Positions 39,232 to 48,102 of a stretch of DNA of 64,000 nt are shown one piece after another. How positions within the stretch are numbered: the stretch's first letter is position 1; each line of letters opens with the position of its first letter. This stretch comes from Candidatus Sulfomarinibacteraceae bacterium (lineage in GTDB: Bacteria > Acidobacteriota > Thermoanaerobaculia > Thermoanaerobaculales > Sulfomarinibacteraceae): assembly GCA_041552055.1 (NCBI GenBank), contig JBFELO010000007.1:564-64563 (forward strand), written 5' to 3'. The position numbers were made by a program, and so were the translations under genes. The notes beneath the pieces were generated by a model. The model searched no databases. It saw nothing but the letters and a program-made list of their open reading frames with translations, and was not told the DNA's origin.

Positions 39232-39645
39232 ATGCTCGTGCGTCTGCTGCTGCTCTTCACCCTGGTGCCGCTCGTGGAGCTGTACCTGCTCGTCAAGGTC
39301 GGCCAGCACATCGGTGTCGGTGCGACCGTGGCGATCGTGATCGGAACCGGTGTGATCGGAGCATGGCTGACCCGCTTGCAGGGCCTGCGCGTGCTGCGGG
39401 AACTCCGGCAGCGGATCGAGGCGGGAGAGATGCCGACCGTACCGCTGATTGACGGATTGCTGATCCTCGTCGCCGGCGCAGTGCTGCTCACGCCCGGGTT
39501 GATCACGGACGCGTGCGGTTTCCTCCTGCTGAACCCGCGGTTTCGCGCCGTCGTGCGTCGGGTGATTTCGGACGCGCTACGCAGCAGGTTCCGAGGCGAC
39601 GGCCCCTTGGTGGTCGACGCTCAGTGGACGAGAGAGGACGACTGA
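39232..39645 (+). CDS. fxsA: FxsA family membrane protein
   Basis: PLVELYLLVKVG..IG, QG, DGLLILVAGAVLLTPGLITD. Confidence 0.93.
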   Translation: MLVRLLLLFTLVPLVELYLLVKVGQHIGVGATVAIVIGTGVIGAWLTRLQGLRVLRELRQRIEAGEMPTVPLIDGLLILVAGAVLLTPGLITDACGFLLLNPRFRAVVRRVISDALRSRFRGDGPLVVDAQWTREDD

Positions 39646-39868
39646 AAGTCTCGATCGTGCCGCGTCTCCCGAGCGACTTCGGGGGGAGTGTCCGTCGACG
39701 TCTCAGTGCCTGATTCCCGATGCGAAACCGTGCAGGATCTCGGATACGGAAACGGAGACTGATACGGAGGCGGGGCGCGTCCCTGGAGATGAGAGAGGGA
39801 GTGCTCCAGGACGGCGAACGGTGGCGGTACAATCTTACAATGGGCCGACAGTAGAAACCGGCGGAGAG

Positions 39869-41008
39869 ATGACGGATCTCGAATCGAACATTCAAGCCTA
39901 CCGAACGATGGCCGAGGTCCTGGTCAACCTGCGGAAGATCATCGTGCGAGGCTTGCAGCGGGTCGCCGGCGAGACCTGGTACCTCGACGGTTGCCCGCCC
40001 GCCGTGTACGAGCGACTCGTCGAGCGCAAGGAGACCGAGCTCGCCATTCAGCGGCTCTCGTCGGAGTACGAGGACCTGATCAGTTTCGCGACCTTTGCGG
40101 ACCTGGCGGAAATCGTCGAGTTCAACGAAGATCTGGCGCGGCTGCTCCGCAACCTGGCCCCCTCGACCGAGCTCCTGTGCGCGCGCCTGATCGAGCTCGA
40201 GGCGCTGCGCTGCAAGCTTTCCCAGGGACGCGACTTGAGCGTCGAGGAAATCACCGTCATCACCAACTACAGCACCAATCTCGTGGCGACGCTCGCCGGC
40301 GCCCGGCGTCGGACGGCGCCGGCGCGGGAAGCGGTTGCTCCCTCGGCTGGGCCTCCGGTCTCGGAGGAAGCCGAGGCGCCCTCTGCCGAGGAGGTTCAAC
40401 CCGACGACGAGTCGGTGGAGGAGCTCAGAATTCGGGACGAATCTACCGTGGCTGTGCCGATCGTCGCGGAGGAGAACGCGCGGGAGGAGCCGGCTCCCGT
40501 AATCGAGGAAGAGCCCGGACCATCGCTCGTCGCGAAGGCAGAAGAGGACCGCCGGGTTCTCGCAGTCGAGGAGGAGGTATCGGCGGCGGAAGCGGCGACA
40601 CAAGAGCAGGAGCCCGACGAAGAGCCGGCTCCGCCGATTATGACGGCTCACGCCGAATTCGAGGCCATTGCGGACGACATCGAGAACGCACTCGCCGATG
40701 GCGAGGCGCGAGACGTGTTGCGAGTTCTTCGGCGGGAGGTGATCGCCGTCGCAGAGGCGGTCTATCGGTTGGATGATGAGATCGTGCCGCCCGGATGGCA
40801 GCGGATCCGCACGAACGGATGGTTCAACGAACGGAGCGAGGAGTTTGGACTCGAACCGCTCGCCGAGTTCCACGGTCTGGTCGAGGAGTACCAGGTCGGG
40901 CGAGCCGAAGGGCTCGACCAGGACCAGCTGCGCGGCATGCTCTCGAGCCGGAAGTTCTCTCGATTGCTGCTGACCCTGCGGGAGATGTTCCTCCGCAACG
41001 GTGTGTGA
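39869..41008 (+). CDS. Hypothetical protein: Swt1-like HEPN-like N-terminal domain, acidic linker, helical C-terminal domain
   Basis: LRKII...GETWY..GCP..V...FADLAEIV...LEALRCKLSQ; Glu/Ala/Pro-rich middle. Confidence 0.65.
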   Translation: MTDLESNIQAYRTMAEVLVNLRKIIVRGLQRVAGETWYLDGCPPAVYERLVERKETELAIQRLSSEYEDLISFATFADLAEIVEFNEDLARLLRNLAPSTELLCARLIELEALRCKLSQGRDLSVEEITVITNYSTNLVATLAGARRRTAPAREAVAPSAGPPVSEEAEAPSAEEVQPDDESVEELRIRDESTVAVPIVAEENAREEPAPVIEEEPGPSLVAKAEEDRRVLAVEEEVSAAEAATQEQEPDEEPAPPIMTAHAEFEAIADDIENALADGEARDVLRVLRREVIAVAEAVYRLDDEIVPPGWQRIRTNGWFNERSEEFGLEPLAEFHGLVEEYQVGRAEGLDQDQLRGMLSSRKFSRLLLTLREMFLRNGV

Positions 41009-41120
41009 CGCTGCTTCGGCTCAGCCCTCAGTTCCGACCCTGAAAGAAGCGATCAAACTGACGCCGAAGCGCATTCCACGGCCTGCGTGAGCCATCGCAG
41101 TCGGAAGTGTGAAGGCCCCC

Positions 41121-41208
41121 ATATCCGTCTCCGTATCCGGGCCCGTGTGGTCGATAGGAATACGTGAGGTTTGGGAGACGATGACGGACGCGGACGCGGA
41201 CGCGGGAA
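41121..41208. repeat. Hexamer-armed inverted repeat between convergent genes
   Basis: atatccgtctccgtatccg ... gacggacgcggacgcggacgcggg. Confidence 0.6.
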
Positions 41209-41237
41209 GCACCGGCGACTGCCCGATGTGAATCGCC

Positions 41238-42359
41238 TCAGCCGACGTACACCGCGCCGGGGGACATCATCTTGCCGTCCGGAAGGTACTCCAGACAGTG
41301 CGCCATCCAGCCGGTCTGGATTGCCAGGCTGAACGGGATCGGGAATGCGCTCGGTGGCAGACCGATCGGGTGGTAGACCAGACCGGTGATGCTGTCGACG
41401 TTGGCGTGCACACCCTTCGGGCCCAGCGCGGACTCGACTTCATCGCGAAGCGCGAGGTAGCTGTGCCACAGGTCTTCCCGATAGTGCGATGCGAGCAGCG
41501 CCCGAGCATGCGGTTCGAGCACGCGCACCCGCGGATCCGGACACTTGTAGACACGGTGGCCGAAACCGGGGAAGCGGTGGCCTCTCGCGACCGCCTCGCG
41601 TGCCCAAATTCGTGCGTGGTCCGGTCCGTCGAGACCCGCGAGCATCTGGAACGCCAGCTGGTTGGCGCCGCCGTGGCGCTCTCCTGACAGCGCGCCCATG
41701 CCGGCGAGGACCGCCGAGCCGAGATCCGCTCCGGTGGAGATCACCACCAGTGCCGCGAACGCCGCGGCGTGGAGGCCGTGTTCCGCCTGGACGATCAGGC
41801 TGGCATCGAACGCCCGCTCCTCTTCTGGCGATGGGCGGCTGCCCAGCACCTGGAAGAGGAAGTTGGCGGCAAAGCCGAGGCCGTGGTCGGGCGGCACCGG
41901 TTCGAGCCCCTGGAGGTGGCGGATCGCCGCCGCGGCCAGTGCGGCTGTCCAGCTGAGGATGCGCGCCGGCCGCCGCCATTGGGCATCCATCTCGTTGTTC
42001 TCCGGCTCGGGAATGTGGCAGGCGGCGACCGTGAGCATGGTCCGGTACTGTGTCATGGGGTGGGAGCGAGTCGGGACCCGGCGCAGCGCGTCGAAGGCGG
42101 CCTGTGGCGGTTGACGCCACCTGATCTGTTCCCGCCGCCATTCCTCGAGCTGGCTCGCGTCCGGCAGATCGCCGAACAGGACGAGATAGGTCACTTCCTC
42201 GAAGGTGACCCGAGCTGCAAGCTCTTCGACATCGTAGCCCCGGTATGCCAGGCGGCCACGGTTGCCGTCGATGGTGCTGATCGCCGTGTCACCCACCACG
42301 AGACTCTCGAGCCCCCTGCCGTAGGTCTGCCGGGCGTCAACCGGTGCCGAGCCGATCAC
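41238..42359 (-). CDS. Citrate synthase family protein, subunit keeping the catalytic His/His/Asp
   Basis: GLES..GDTAIS.IDG..GRL.YRGY, RHGGANQ, GFGHRVY..PDPR, ANVD; GTG overlaps the upstream TGA. Confidence 0.88.
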   Translation of the reverse strand: MIGSAPVDARQTYGRGLESLVVGDTAISTIDGNRGRLAYRGYDVEELAARVTFEEVTYLVLFGDLPDASQLEEWRREQIRWRQPPQAAFDALRRVPTRSHPMTQYRTMLTVAACHIPEPENNEMDAQWRRPARILSWTAALAAAAIRHLQGLEPVPPDHGLGFAANFLFQVLGSRPSPEEERAFDASLIVQAEHGLHAAAFAALVVISTGADLGSAVLAGMGALSGERHGGANQLAFQMLAGLDGPDHARIWAREAVARGHRFPGFGHRVYKCPDPRVRVLEPHARALLASHYREDLWHSYLALRDEVESALGPKGVHANVDSITGLVYHPIGLPPSAFPIPFSLAIQTGWMAHCLEYLPDGKMMSPGAVYVG

Positions 42360-43567
42360 GGCTGTCCTCCACGGTCGATCGAACGCGGGGCGGCTCCAAC
42401 GTACCGGCTGAGCGGGCGGTAGAGGCGGATGCCGTCCAGCCCCTCTCGAACCAGCGCCACCAGCCCGGCCATGCGGGCGATGGCGATCAGGCACGGCGCG
42501 AGTGGCGGATCGGCGCCGAGCAGGTGGAAGAGCAGTGCGCCGTAGAAGTTGACGTTGATGTGGACGCCCCTCGGAGCGAGCTCACGGGTGGCAGCTTGTT
42601 CGATCGTGCGCGCGATCTCGAACAGCTCGCCGCGGCCCTTTCGACTGGCGAGTGAAGCAGCGGTCTGACGCAGGATCACGACCCGTGGGTCCGGCATCCG
42701 GTAGTCGGGGTGACCGAAGCCGGCGATCGAGCTCCCGCTGGCGAGTTTCTCGCGGACCCACTTCTCCGCTTCGCCGGGATCGGATCGATCGAGCAGCTGG
42801 TCGAGAACGGCCTCGCCGGCGCCGCCCTGCCTCCATCCCCGGAGCGCCGACAGGCCCGCCACGACGTTGGTGTATGGATCGGCGAGGCACGACGCGACCA
42901 CCATCGACGTGAAGGTTGGCGCGTCGAGGCCGTGGGCGGCGTACAGGACCCACAGCAGGTCGAGGGTCCGGATGTCGTCCCGCTCGGGGGTGCAGCCGCT
43001 GATGGCGCACAGGAGCTCTTCGGCGAGAGAACCTTCACTCTCGCAACCACCGGCCGCCGCGGCTCCCCTTCGGTGACGCACGATCTCGCCGACCAGAGCC
43101 GCCACCTGTCCGACGATTCGAAGCTCGCGCCAGTGTCGGTCGCCGGAAATGTCGTCGTCCACCGACAGCTCGTGGCACCCGAGCGCCGAGATCCCGGCAC
43201 GCAGTGATCGGGTCGGGTGTGTCGTCGGGTCCAGGTCGCGCACCAGCGCGACGACATCCGGGGGAAGTCGCCGGCTCGACCTCAGATTGTGGCGAAATCG
43301 TTCCCAAGATTGGCTGTCCTCCTCGCTCGCCATTCCGGTGATGAGCAGGAACGCGACCCGCTCGAAATCGGGCGCCGCCGCCAGCGATGCGACCGGAACT
43401 CCGCGATAGGCGAGGCGGCCGCTCGATGGGTCGAGCCACATGACTCGGGTTCCGGTCGCGATGACGCCGGCCAGGCCTGGGCCCACGTCGGTGGTTACCG
43501 GCCAGTCGAGAGAGTCGGCCCGCCAGTCGAAGCCCGGGCTGAGGGTGGGGAAGACACGATCTGGCAC
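42356..43567 (-). CDS. Citrate synthase family protein, catalytically degenerate subunit
   Basis: GLAGV, GRLAYRG, RQGGAGE (His to Gln), GFGHPDY..PDPR, INVNFY (Asp to Asn), LYRP..RYVG; start uncertain (GTG 7 nt after TATTCT). Confidence 0.85.
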   Translation of the reverse strand: MPDRVFPTLSPGFDWRADSLDWPVTTDVGPGLAGVIATGTRVMWLDPSSGRLAYRGVPVASLAAAPDFERVAFLLITGMASEEDSQSWERFRHNLRSSRRLPPDVVALVRDLDPTTHPTRSLRAGISALGCHELSVDDDISGDRHWRELRIVGQVAALVGEIVRHRRGAAAAGGCESEGSLAEELLCAISGCTPERDDIRTLDLLWVLYAAHGLDAPTFTSMVVASCLADPYTNVVAGLSALRGWRQGGAGEAVLDQLLDRSDPGEAEKWVREKLASGSSIAGFGHPDYRMPDPRVVILRQTAASLASRKGRGELFEIARTIEQAATRELAPRGVHINVNFYGALLFHLLGADPPLAPCLIAIARMAGLVALVREGLDGIRLYRPLSRYVGAAPRSIDRGGQP

Positions 43568-43669
43568 CTGAAGGAGAATACAGCGGAATCGCGGAGCATT
43601 CCGGCAGCCGTGACAGATCATCCTTCACTTTTGCGGGCCACGCCTATCCCCGTGAGTCAGGTTGGACGT

Positions 43670-43806
43670 CGTGTCGTTCCCCTTCCCGTTTCCTGAACAC
43701 CCGTGCTTTCGTATCTTTCTTCGGTTCGACGAAAACACAGTGACTTCTTTGATCCAATCGGTAGATTGACTCGGGAACGAGAAGGGGAACGGAAACGGTG
43801 GACACG
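43670..43806. repeat. Hexamer-armed inverted repeat
   Basis: cgtgtcgttccccttcccgtttcc ... gggaacgagaaggggaacggaaacggtggacacg. Confidence 0.55.
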
Positions 43807-43911
43807 TGAGCTCTGAAAGGGAGCACGATACGCGGTAGGAGTCACGCTGTGCCCCGGAAAGACGAACGGGCGAGGCCATCCTCGCCCGTTCGAGTTCCGT
43901 ACCGGGATGGT

Positions 43912-45906
43912 CTACTGCGGCAGAATCGTCGTCGGATCGCTGGTCACGCCGTCGAGGACCGAGCCGTAGCAGAAGAATCTCGCACCGGGGGTGCTGGAGC
44001 GGACATCCACGAAGCCCACGTCCACCGGTTGGTAGTCCAGGAAGATCCGACTGAACTGGTTGTTCGACCACGGCTGGAGATCCATGTTGCGGACCTCGAG
44101 CGAGGTCCCGTCGGCGGCAAACAGCTCGAGTCGGATCCGGATGGTCACGTTGACCCCGTTCTGGCAACCCACGTTGGCGCGGAAATTGTCGTTCTCGCTC
44201 ATGAACATGATCCGCCGGGTCACGCCTTCGGGTGTCATGTCGGCCACGGCGACGCCGGGGATGCTCTGACCGAAGGTCCCGCCGACCTCCTCCCCGGGCC
44301 TGTTGAAGGTCCGGCTCATCAGCAACGCGTCGGCGCTGTCGGCGACCACGCCGATGGCGCCGAGCGCTTCTTCGAGACCGAACAGGCTGCTGACCGCGTT
44401 TTCGTATCGCGCACTCATGTTGGGTTCGAGGCGGAACGCCGAGGAGGTCAGGAAGGACGAGTTGTCCTCGCCGCGGGGGAGCCATACGAACTGGTAGTTC
44501 ATGGCGGTCGTGCCGACGTTGTTGATCTCCACGTCGGTCTCGAAGAACGCGCCGGCCGCACCTCCCGCGAAGGCTGCGGCCGGGATGAAGTACTGATCCG
44601 TGATCGGGATCAGTTCTGCCACCCTCACGTCGACGGTCGTGCTCCCGGAACCGAACTCGTTGGTGGCGGTGAGCGTCACCGAGTAGACGCCGGCATCGGC
44701 GAATGTATAGCTGGGATTCTGCTCGTCGCTCGTCCCGACGCCGTCGCCGAAGTCCCATGCCCACTCGGTGGGATCGTTGGCCGAGACATCGGTGAACTGG
44801 ACGGCCTGACCCTTCCCGGGCGCCGCCGGACTGTAGGTGAACGCCGCCTCCGGCGGCTCGTCGGTGATGTAGTCCACGACGGTCACAACGGCGTCCGAGT
44901 CGTTGGAACTGTCTGGATCTGTGTCCGGGCTCGCCGCCGTCAGGAAGGCGGTGGAGACCATCAACAGGTCCTCGCTCTCCATGCCACCGAGCGATGCGGT
45001 GATCGACCCCTCCGAGTCGAGCTCGGTGATCAGGTCTTCACCGTCCTCGTAACTGATCATGATCACCGGGATGGTGACCAGGGACCCCTCGTCTCCGCCT
45101 CCCATCCCGAGGCTGTGGATGTTCTGTCCAGGGTTGCTGTTGACGATCACGACCCCCGACGCGCCGGCGTTCTCGGCGAAAAGCGCCTTGACGCCGAAGC
45201 CACACCCGCCCCGCCTGACCAGCGCGATGTTGCCGGCCGTGAACCCGTCCAGGGTATGGCATCCCATGTCGGAAGTATCGCCCTCGTCCGGAGTCGGGTC
45301 GTTGACGATCTCGAGCTCGGCGTTGGCAGGCGACATCGTGGAGAGCGGGCCGCCGAAACAGGTTGGTGGGGGGCCGCAGCTGTCGCACACCCCGTAGGTG
45401 TATTCGTAGATCCCAGCGAGTGACGGCGGCGAGTGAAGGACGAACGCGCCGACCGTCGGAAGCTCGGCCGGCAGGGGGATTTCGATCGAGAACTGGTTGT
45501 TGGTGTTCGCCGGCATGGCCGGCGCTTCGCTGCCGTTCTGGACGACGTTGACCAGCATGTGGTCGCAGGAGAACTCGTCCATCGCGACCGTCACCTGATT
45601 TCCGCCCGTGTCGCTGAAGGAGCCCTCGACGTCGCCGATTTCTTCCGGCGACCAGTCGAGGAAGAGCCCCGAGGGCAGGCAGAGCCGGAGGCGTGCGTCG
45701 ATGGCGTCGGTCGCACTGTTGTTGGTGTACGCGACGGTGTACTCGGCGGTCTGTCCCGGGTCGGCGATGGCCGGCGAGCTGACGATCGCGGTCTCGAGGT
45801 CGACCTCCGCCGCCAGGAGGACCGTCGGGCAGGTCAGCGCGACAACGAGAACGATGAGCATTGATGCGCGCAAGTTGGAGCAGGTGTGGCGACTCATCCG
45901 ATTCAT
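43912..45906 (-). CDS. Secreted protein with PA, DUF11-like and PKD domains plus a conserved C-terminal beta domain
   Basis: GNIALVRRGGCGFGVKA..A..AGA (PA); DPDSSND; AFTYSP...WAWDFGDG...NPSYTF..AGVYSVTLT (PKD); C-terminal IPAAA...FETDV...YGSVLD..TSDPT; SD GGGAGG. Confidence 0.85.
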   Translation of the reverse strand: MNRMSRHTCSNLRASMLIVLVVALTCPTVLLAAEVDLETAIVSSPAIADPGQTAEYTVAYTNNSATDAIDARLRLCLPSGLFLDWSPEEIGDVEGSFSDTGGNQVTVAMDEFSCDHMLVNVVQNGSEAPAMPANTNNQFSIEIPLPAELPTVGAFVLHSPPSLAGIYEYTYGVCDSCGPPPTCFGGPLSTMSPANAELEIVNDPTPDEGDTSDMGCHTLDGFTAGNIALVRRGGCGFGVKALFAENAGASGVVIVNSNPGQNIHSLGMGGGDEGSLVTIPVIMISYEDGEDLITELDSEGSITASLGGMESEDLLMVSTAFLTAASPDTDPDSSNDSDAVVTVVDYITDEPPEAAFTYSPAAPGKGQAVQFTDVSANDPTEWAWDFGDGVGTSDEQNPSYTFADAGVYSVTLTATNEFGSGSTTVDVRVAELIPITDQYFIPAAAFAGGAAGAFFETDVEINNVGTTAMNYQFVWLPRGEDNSSFLTSSAFRLEPNMSARYENAVSSLFGLEEALGAIGVVADSADALLMSRTFNRPGEEVGGTFGQSIPGVAVADMTPEGVTRRIMFMSENDNFRANVGCQNGVNVTIRIRLELFAADGTSLEVRNMDLQPWSNNQFSRIFLDYQPVDVGFVDVRSSTPGARFFCYGSVLDGVTSDPTTILPQ

Positions 45907-46160
45907 GATTCCTCCCGAGGTTCTCGTGGTTGGGCACCGTGGACCAGACCCTGGCGGAACCGGTCGCCGGCCGATGCTAGCACTCCGCGCACGCGGTCGG
46001 CATCCACCGCTGAACAGGCCGACGCGCGATTGTGACTGAAGTCACCCTTGGGTGCAAGCAAAGAGGAATGGGCGAAATCCTCGCGGTTGGCAGAGGCTTC
46101 GAGATTGCAGAGATGACCGAGCTGCGATTGGGGCCGAACCGGCCCCGATCCTCAGACCTT

Positions 46161-46355
46161 TCACGTCACTCCGGTGCTGCATCCGGCCTGGCTGACCGGA
46201 GCACCGCTCGAGCCGCTGGCGAAACAGGACAGCAACCGCTCGACGTGATCTCCGCTGCACTTCGGGCATGTGACTCCCTCGCTGGCGGCACCTATCCGTT
46301 GCAGGAGCTGGAAGGTGTGGTCGCAGTCGAGGCAGCGATACTCGTATATCGGCAT
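46161..46355 (-). CDS. FmdB family zinc-ribbon protein
   Basis: MPIYEYRCLDC..F...CPKC....VERLLS; SD GGAGG. Confidence 0.9.
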   Translation of the reverse strand: MPIYEYRCLDCDHTFQLLQRIGAASEGVTCPKCSGDHVERLLSCFASGSSGAPVSQAGCSTGVT

Positions 46356-46377
46356 CACATCCTCCGAAGGTGGGGGG

Positions 46378-46737
46378 TCAGCGCTTGACCGTTTCGGCTT
46401 CTTCGATCTGCTTTCGGCCGTCGATGATGGTCTTGTGCTCGCGGTCGATGCGGAGCTCGAGCGAGTCACACACATTGCGGCAGATGGTGAAGACTCCCTC
46501 GTCGGTGATGTGGTAGAACACGTTGAGGCCGTCGCGTCGACTGTCGACCAGCCCGGCCCTCTTGAGGACCGACAGGTGCTTGGACACGTTGGCCTGGCTG
46601 CCGCCGACCACCTCCAGGATGTCGGAGACGCAGCGCTCGCCTTGATTGAGGCAGTGCAGGATCTTGAGCCTGGTCGGGTCGGCCATGGCCTTCAAGACCT
46701 CTGCGATGCGATGCAACAGTTCGTCAGAAGCGATCAC
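46378..46737 (-). CDS. ArsR/SmtB family transcriptional regulator
   Basis: LKAMADPTRLKIL, SQANVSKHL..L..AGLV..RR.G..V.Y; SD GGGGGT before GTG. Confidence 0.93.
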   Translation of the reverse strand: MIASDELLHRIAEVLKAMADPTRLKILHCLNQGERCVSDILEVVGGSQANVSKHLSVLKRAGLVDSRRDGLNVFYHITDEGVFTICRNVCDSLELRIDREHKTIIDGRKQIEEAETVKR

Positions 46738-46908
46738 ACAACCCCCTTCATGAAGAAAAGAGCAACCTCATCGTCACTTAGGAATATAATCGTTTGGCCC
46801 CGATTCGTCAACGTGGTCGCAGTTTCGCACCGGTCATTTTTCACGCAGTGCCCTCAAAACGAGCCGAGCTTGACCCAACTCGGACACGGCGCGACAATAC
46901 ACCCCCAC

Positions 46909-46994
46909 GCCGGAGTGGCGGAATGGCAGACGCAGCGGACTCAAAATCCGCCGAGGGCAACCTCGTAAGGGTTCGAATCCCTTCTCCGGCACCA
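46909..46994 (+). tRNA. tRNA-Leu(CAA)
   Basis: GCCGGAG/CTCCGGC acceptor stem, D-loop GGAATGGCAGAC, anticodon arm GCGGA-CTCAAAA-TCCGC, long variable arm, GGTTCGAATCC, encoded CCA. Confidence 0.97.
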
Positions 46995-47130
46995 CATGTG
47001 GGTTTACGTCGTCCCCCGCCCACCCAACCTACGACGCGACTCCCCGCCGCCAGCGAGTGACCGTAGGCCGTCCCCCGCCCTCGTCTCGACCCCCCCGGCC
47101 ACGGCCACCAGTCGCTGCCGACGGGGAGTG

Positions 47131-47151
47131 CGAATCCCTTCTCCGGCACCA
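47131..47151 (+). repeat. 21-bp duplicate of the tRNA-Leu 3' end (att-like)
   Basis: CGAATCCCTTCTCCGGCACCA is identical to 46974-46994; followed by hairpin CAGGCTTCGTTCTC...GAGAACGAAGCCTG. Confidence 0.85.
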
Positions 47152-47633
47152 GGCTTCGTTCTCGACCCCTGGGAGAGAACGAAGCCTGCCACGGCGTATA
47201 GCCCGCAGGGCGGAGCCGGGCTGCTCCCAAACGCCAGCGTGGGTTCGAGAACTACGCCCTGGCTGGCCCTTCCACCTGGGCGACAACTCCTCTTGAGCTG
47301 TCTCTCGCCGGGGTCGTCCTCTTTTCCCCGAGCGAGTGGCCCTAGGGCCGTCCACCCTCCCAATCCGGCCTCTCACCATTGTGTGAAGCGTCGCATCTCG
47401 ACCGTTGACCTGGCGGTTGATTTGATACTGCGTCTCGAATCCTGGCATTTCGAAGACCGAGGCTGCATCTTGAATGTAACAACGAAAGGGACATCCTCAG
47501 AGGTACGGCGAGATTCGTTCAATCAGTCGTCGCCGTGGCGAACGGGAGTTTCATGGCGGAGACCTTCGTGACGCTGCGATTCGTGGCAAGTGACAAGAAA
47601 ACAGACACCGAAATCCGCGTGAAGGAGGTAAGA

Positions 47634-48074
47634 ATGAAAGGAAAACGCGTCAGAAGTCCCGGACCAGCACCGCCGCTCGCGCTCGCCGTCCTCACGGCGG
47701 CGTTCGTTGCGCTGCTCGCGATCGCGTCGCTGCCGGCGCCAGCGGCGGACGGGCCGAGGCTGATCCTCGATCCCGACACGGTCGAGACCGGCGATTCGGT
47801 GACCGTCCACTGCATCGATTTCTGCGGAGAAGAGGAGTGCTCGACCATCAGCATCCAACTGGACGACCGTGTCGTTGTCGATGGGGTCGAGGTGCGTCGT
47901 GACGGCTACGCGCCGGTGAAGGTCGGTGCCCTCGCTCCTCCGGGGCGGCACACTGTCACCGCTGTCCAGGCGGAGGGTCACGATGGCGAGAGGGTCGAGG
48001 CCTTTGCCACGCTGACCATCGCCATCGGTGATCGCCAACCGCCCCCGGAGGAGACCCCTCCGATTCCTCGCTGA
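47634..48074 (+). CDS. Small secreted Ig-like hypothetical protein
   Basis: SD AAGGAGG; signal peptide; L.LDP..V..GDSVTV...PGRHTVTA beta-sandwich pattern. Confidence 0.7.
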   Translation: MKGKRVRSPGPAPPLALAVLTAAFVALLAIASLPAPAADGPRLILDPDTVETGDSVTVHCIDFCGEEECSTISIQLDDRVVVDGVEVRRDGYAPVKVGALAPPGRHTVTAVQAEGHDGERVEAFATLTIAIGDRQPPPEETPPIPR

Positions 48075-48102
48075 GCTTTCAGGAAAGGAAAAGGAGAAAG
48101 AC

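Noticed and set aside
47411-47426. Sigma-54 site TGGCGGTTGATTTGAT
   Set aside because: The -12 element reads GA rather than GC and the -24 match is weak.
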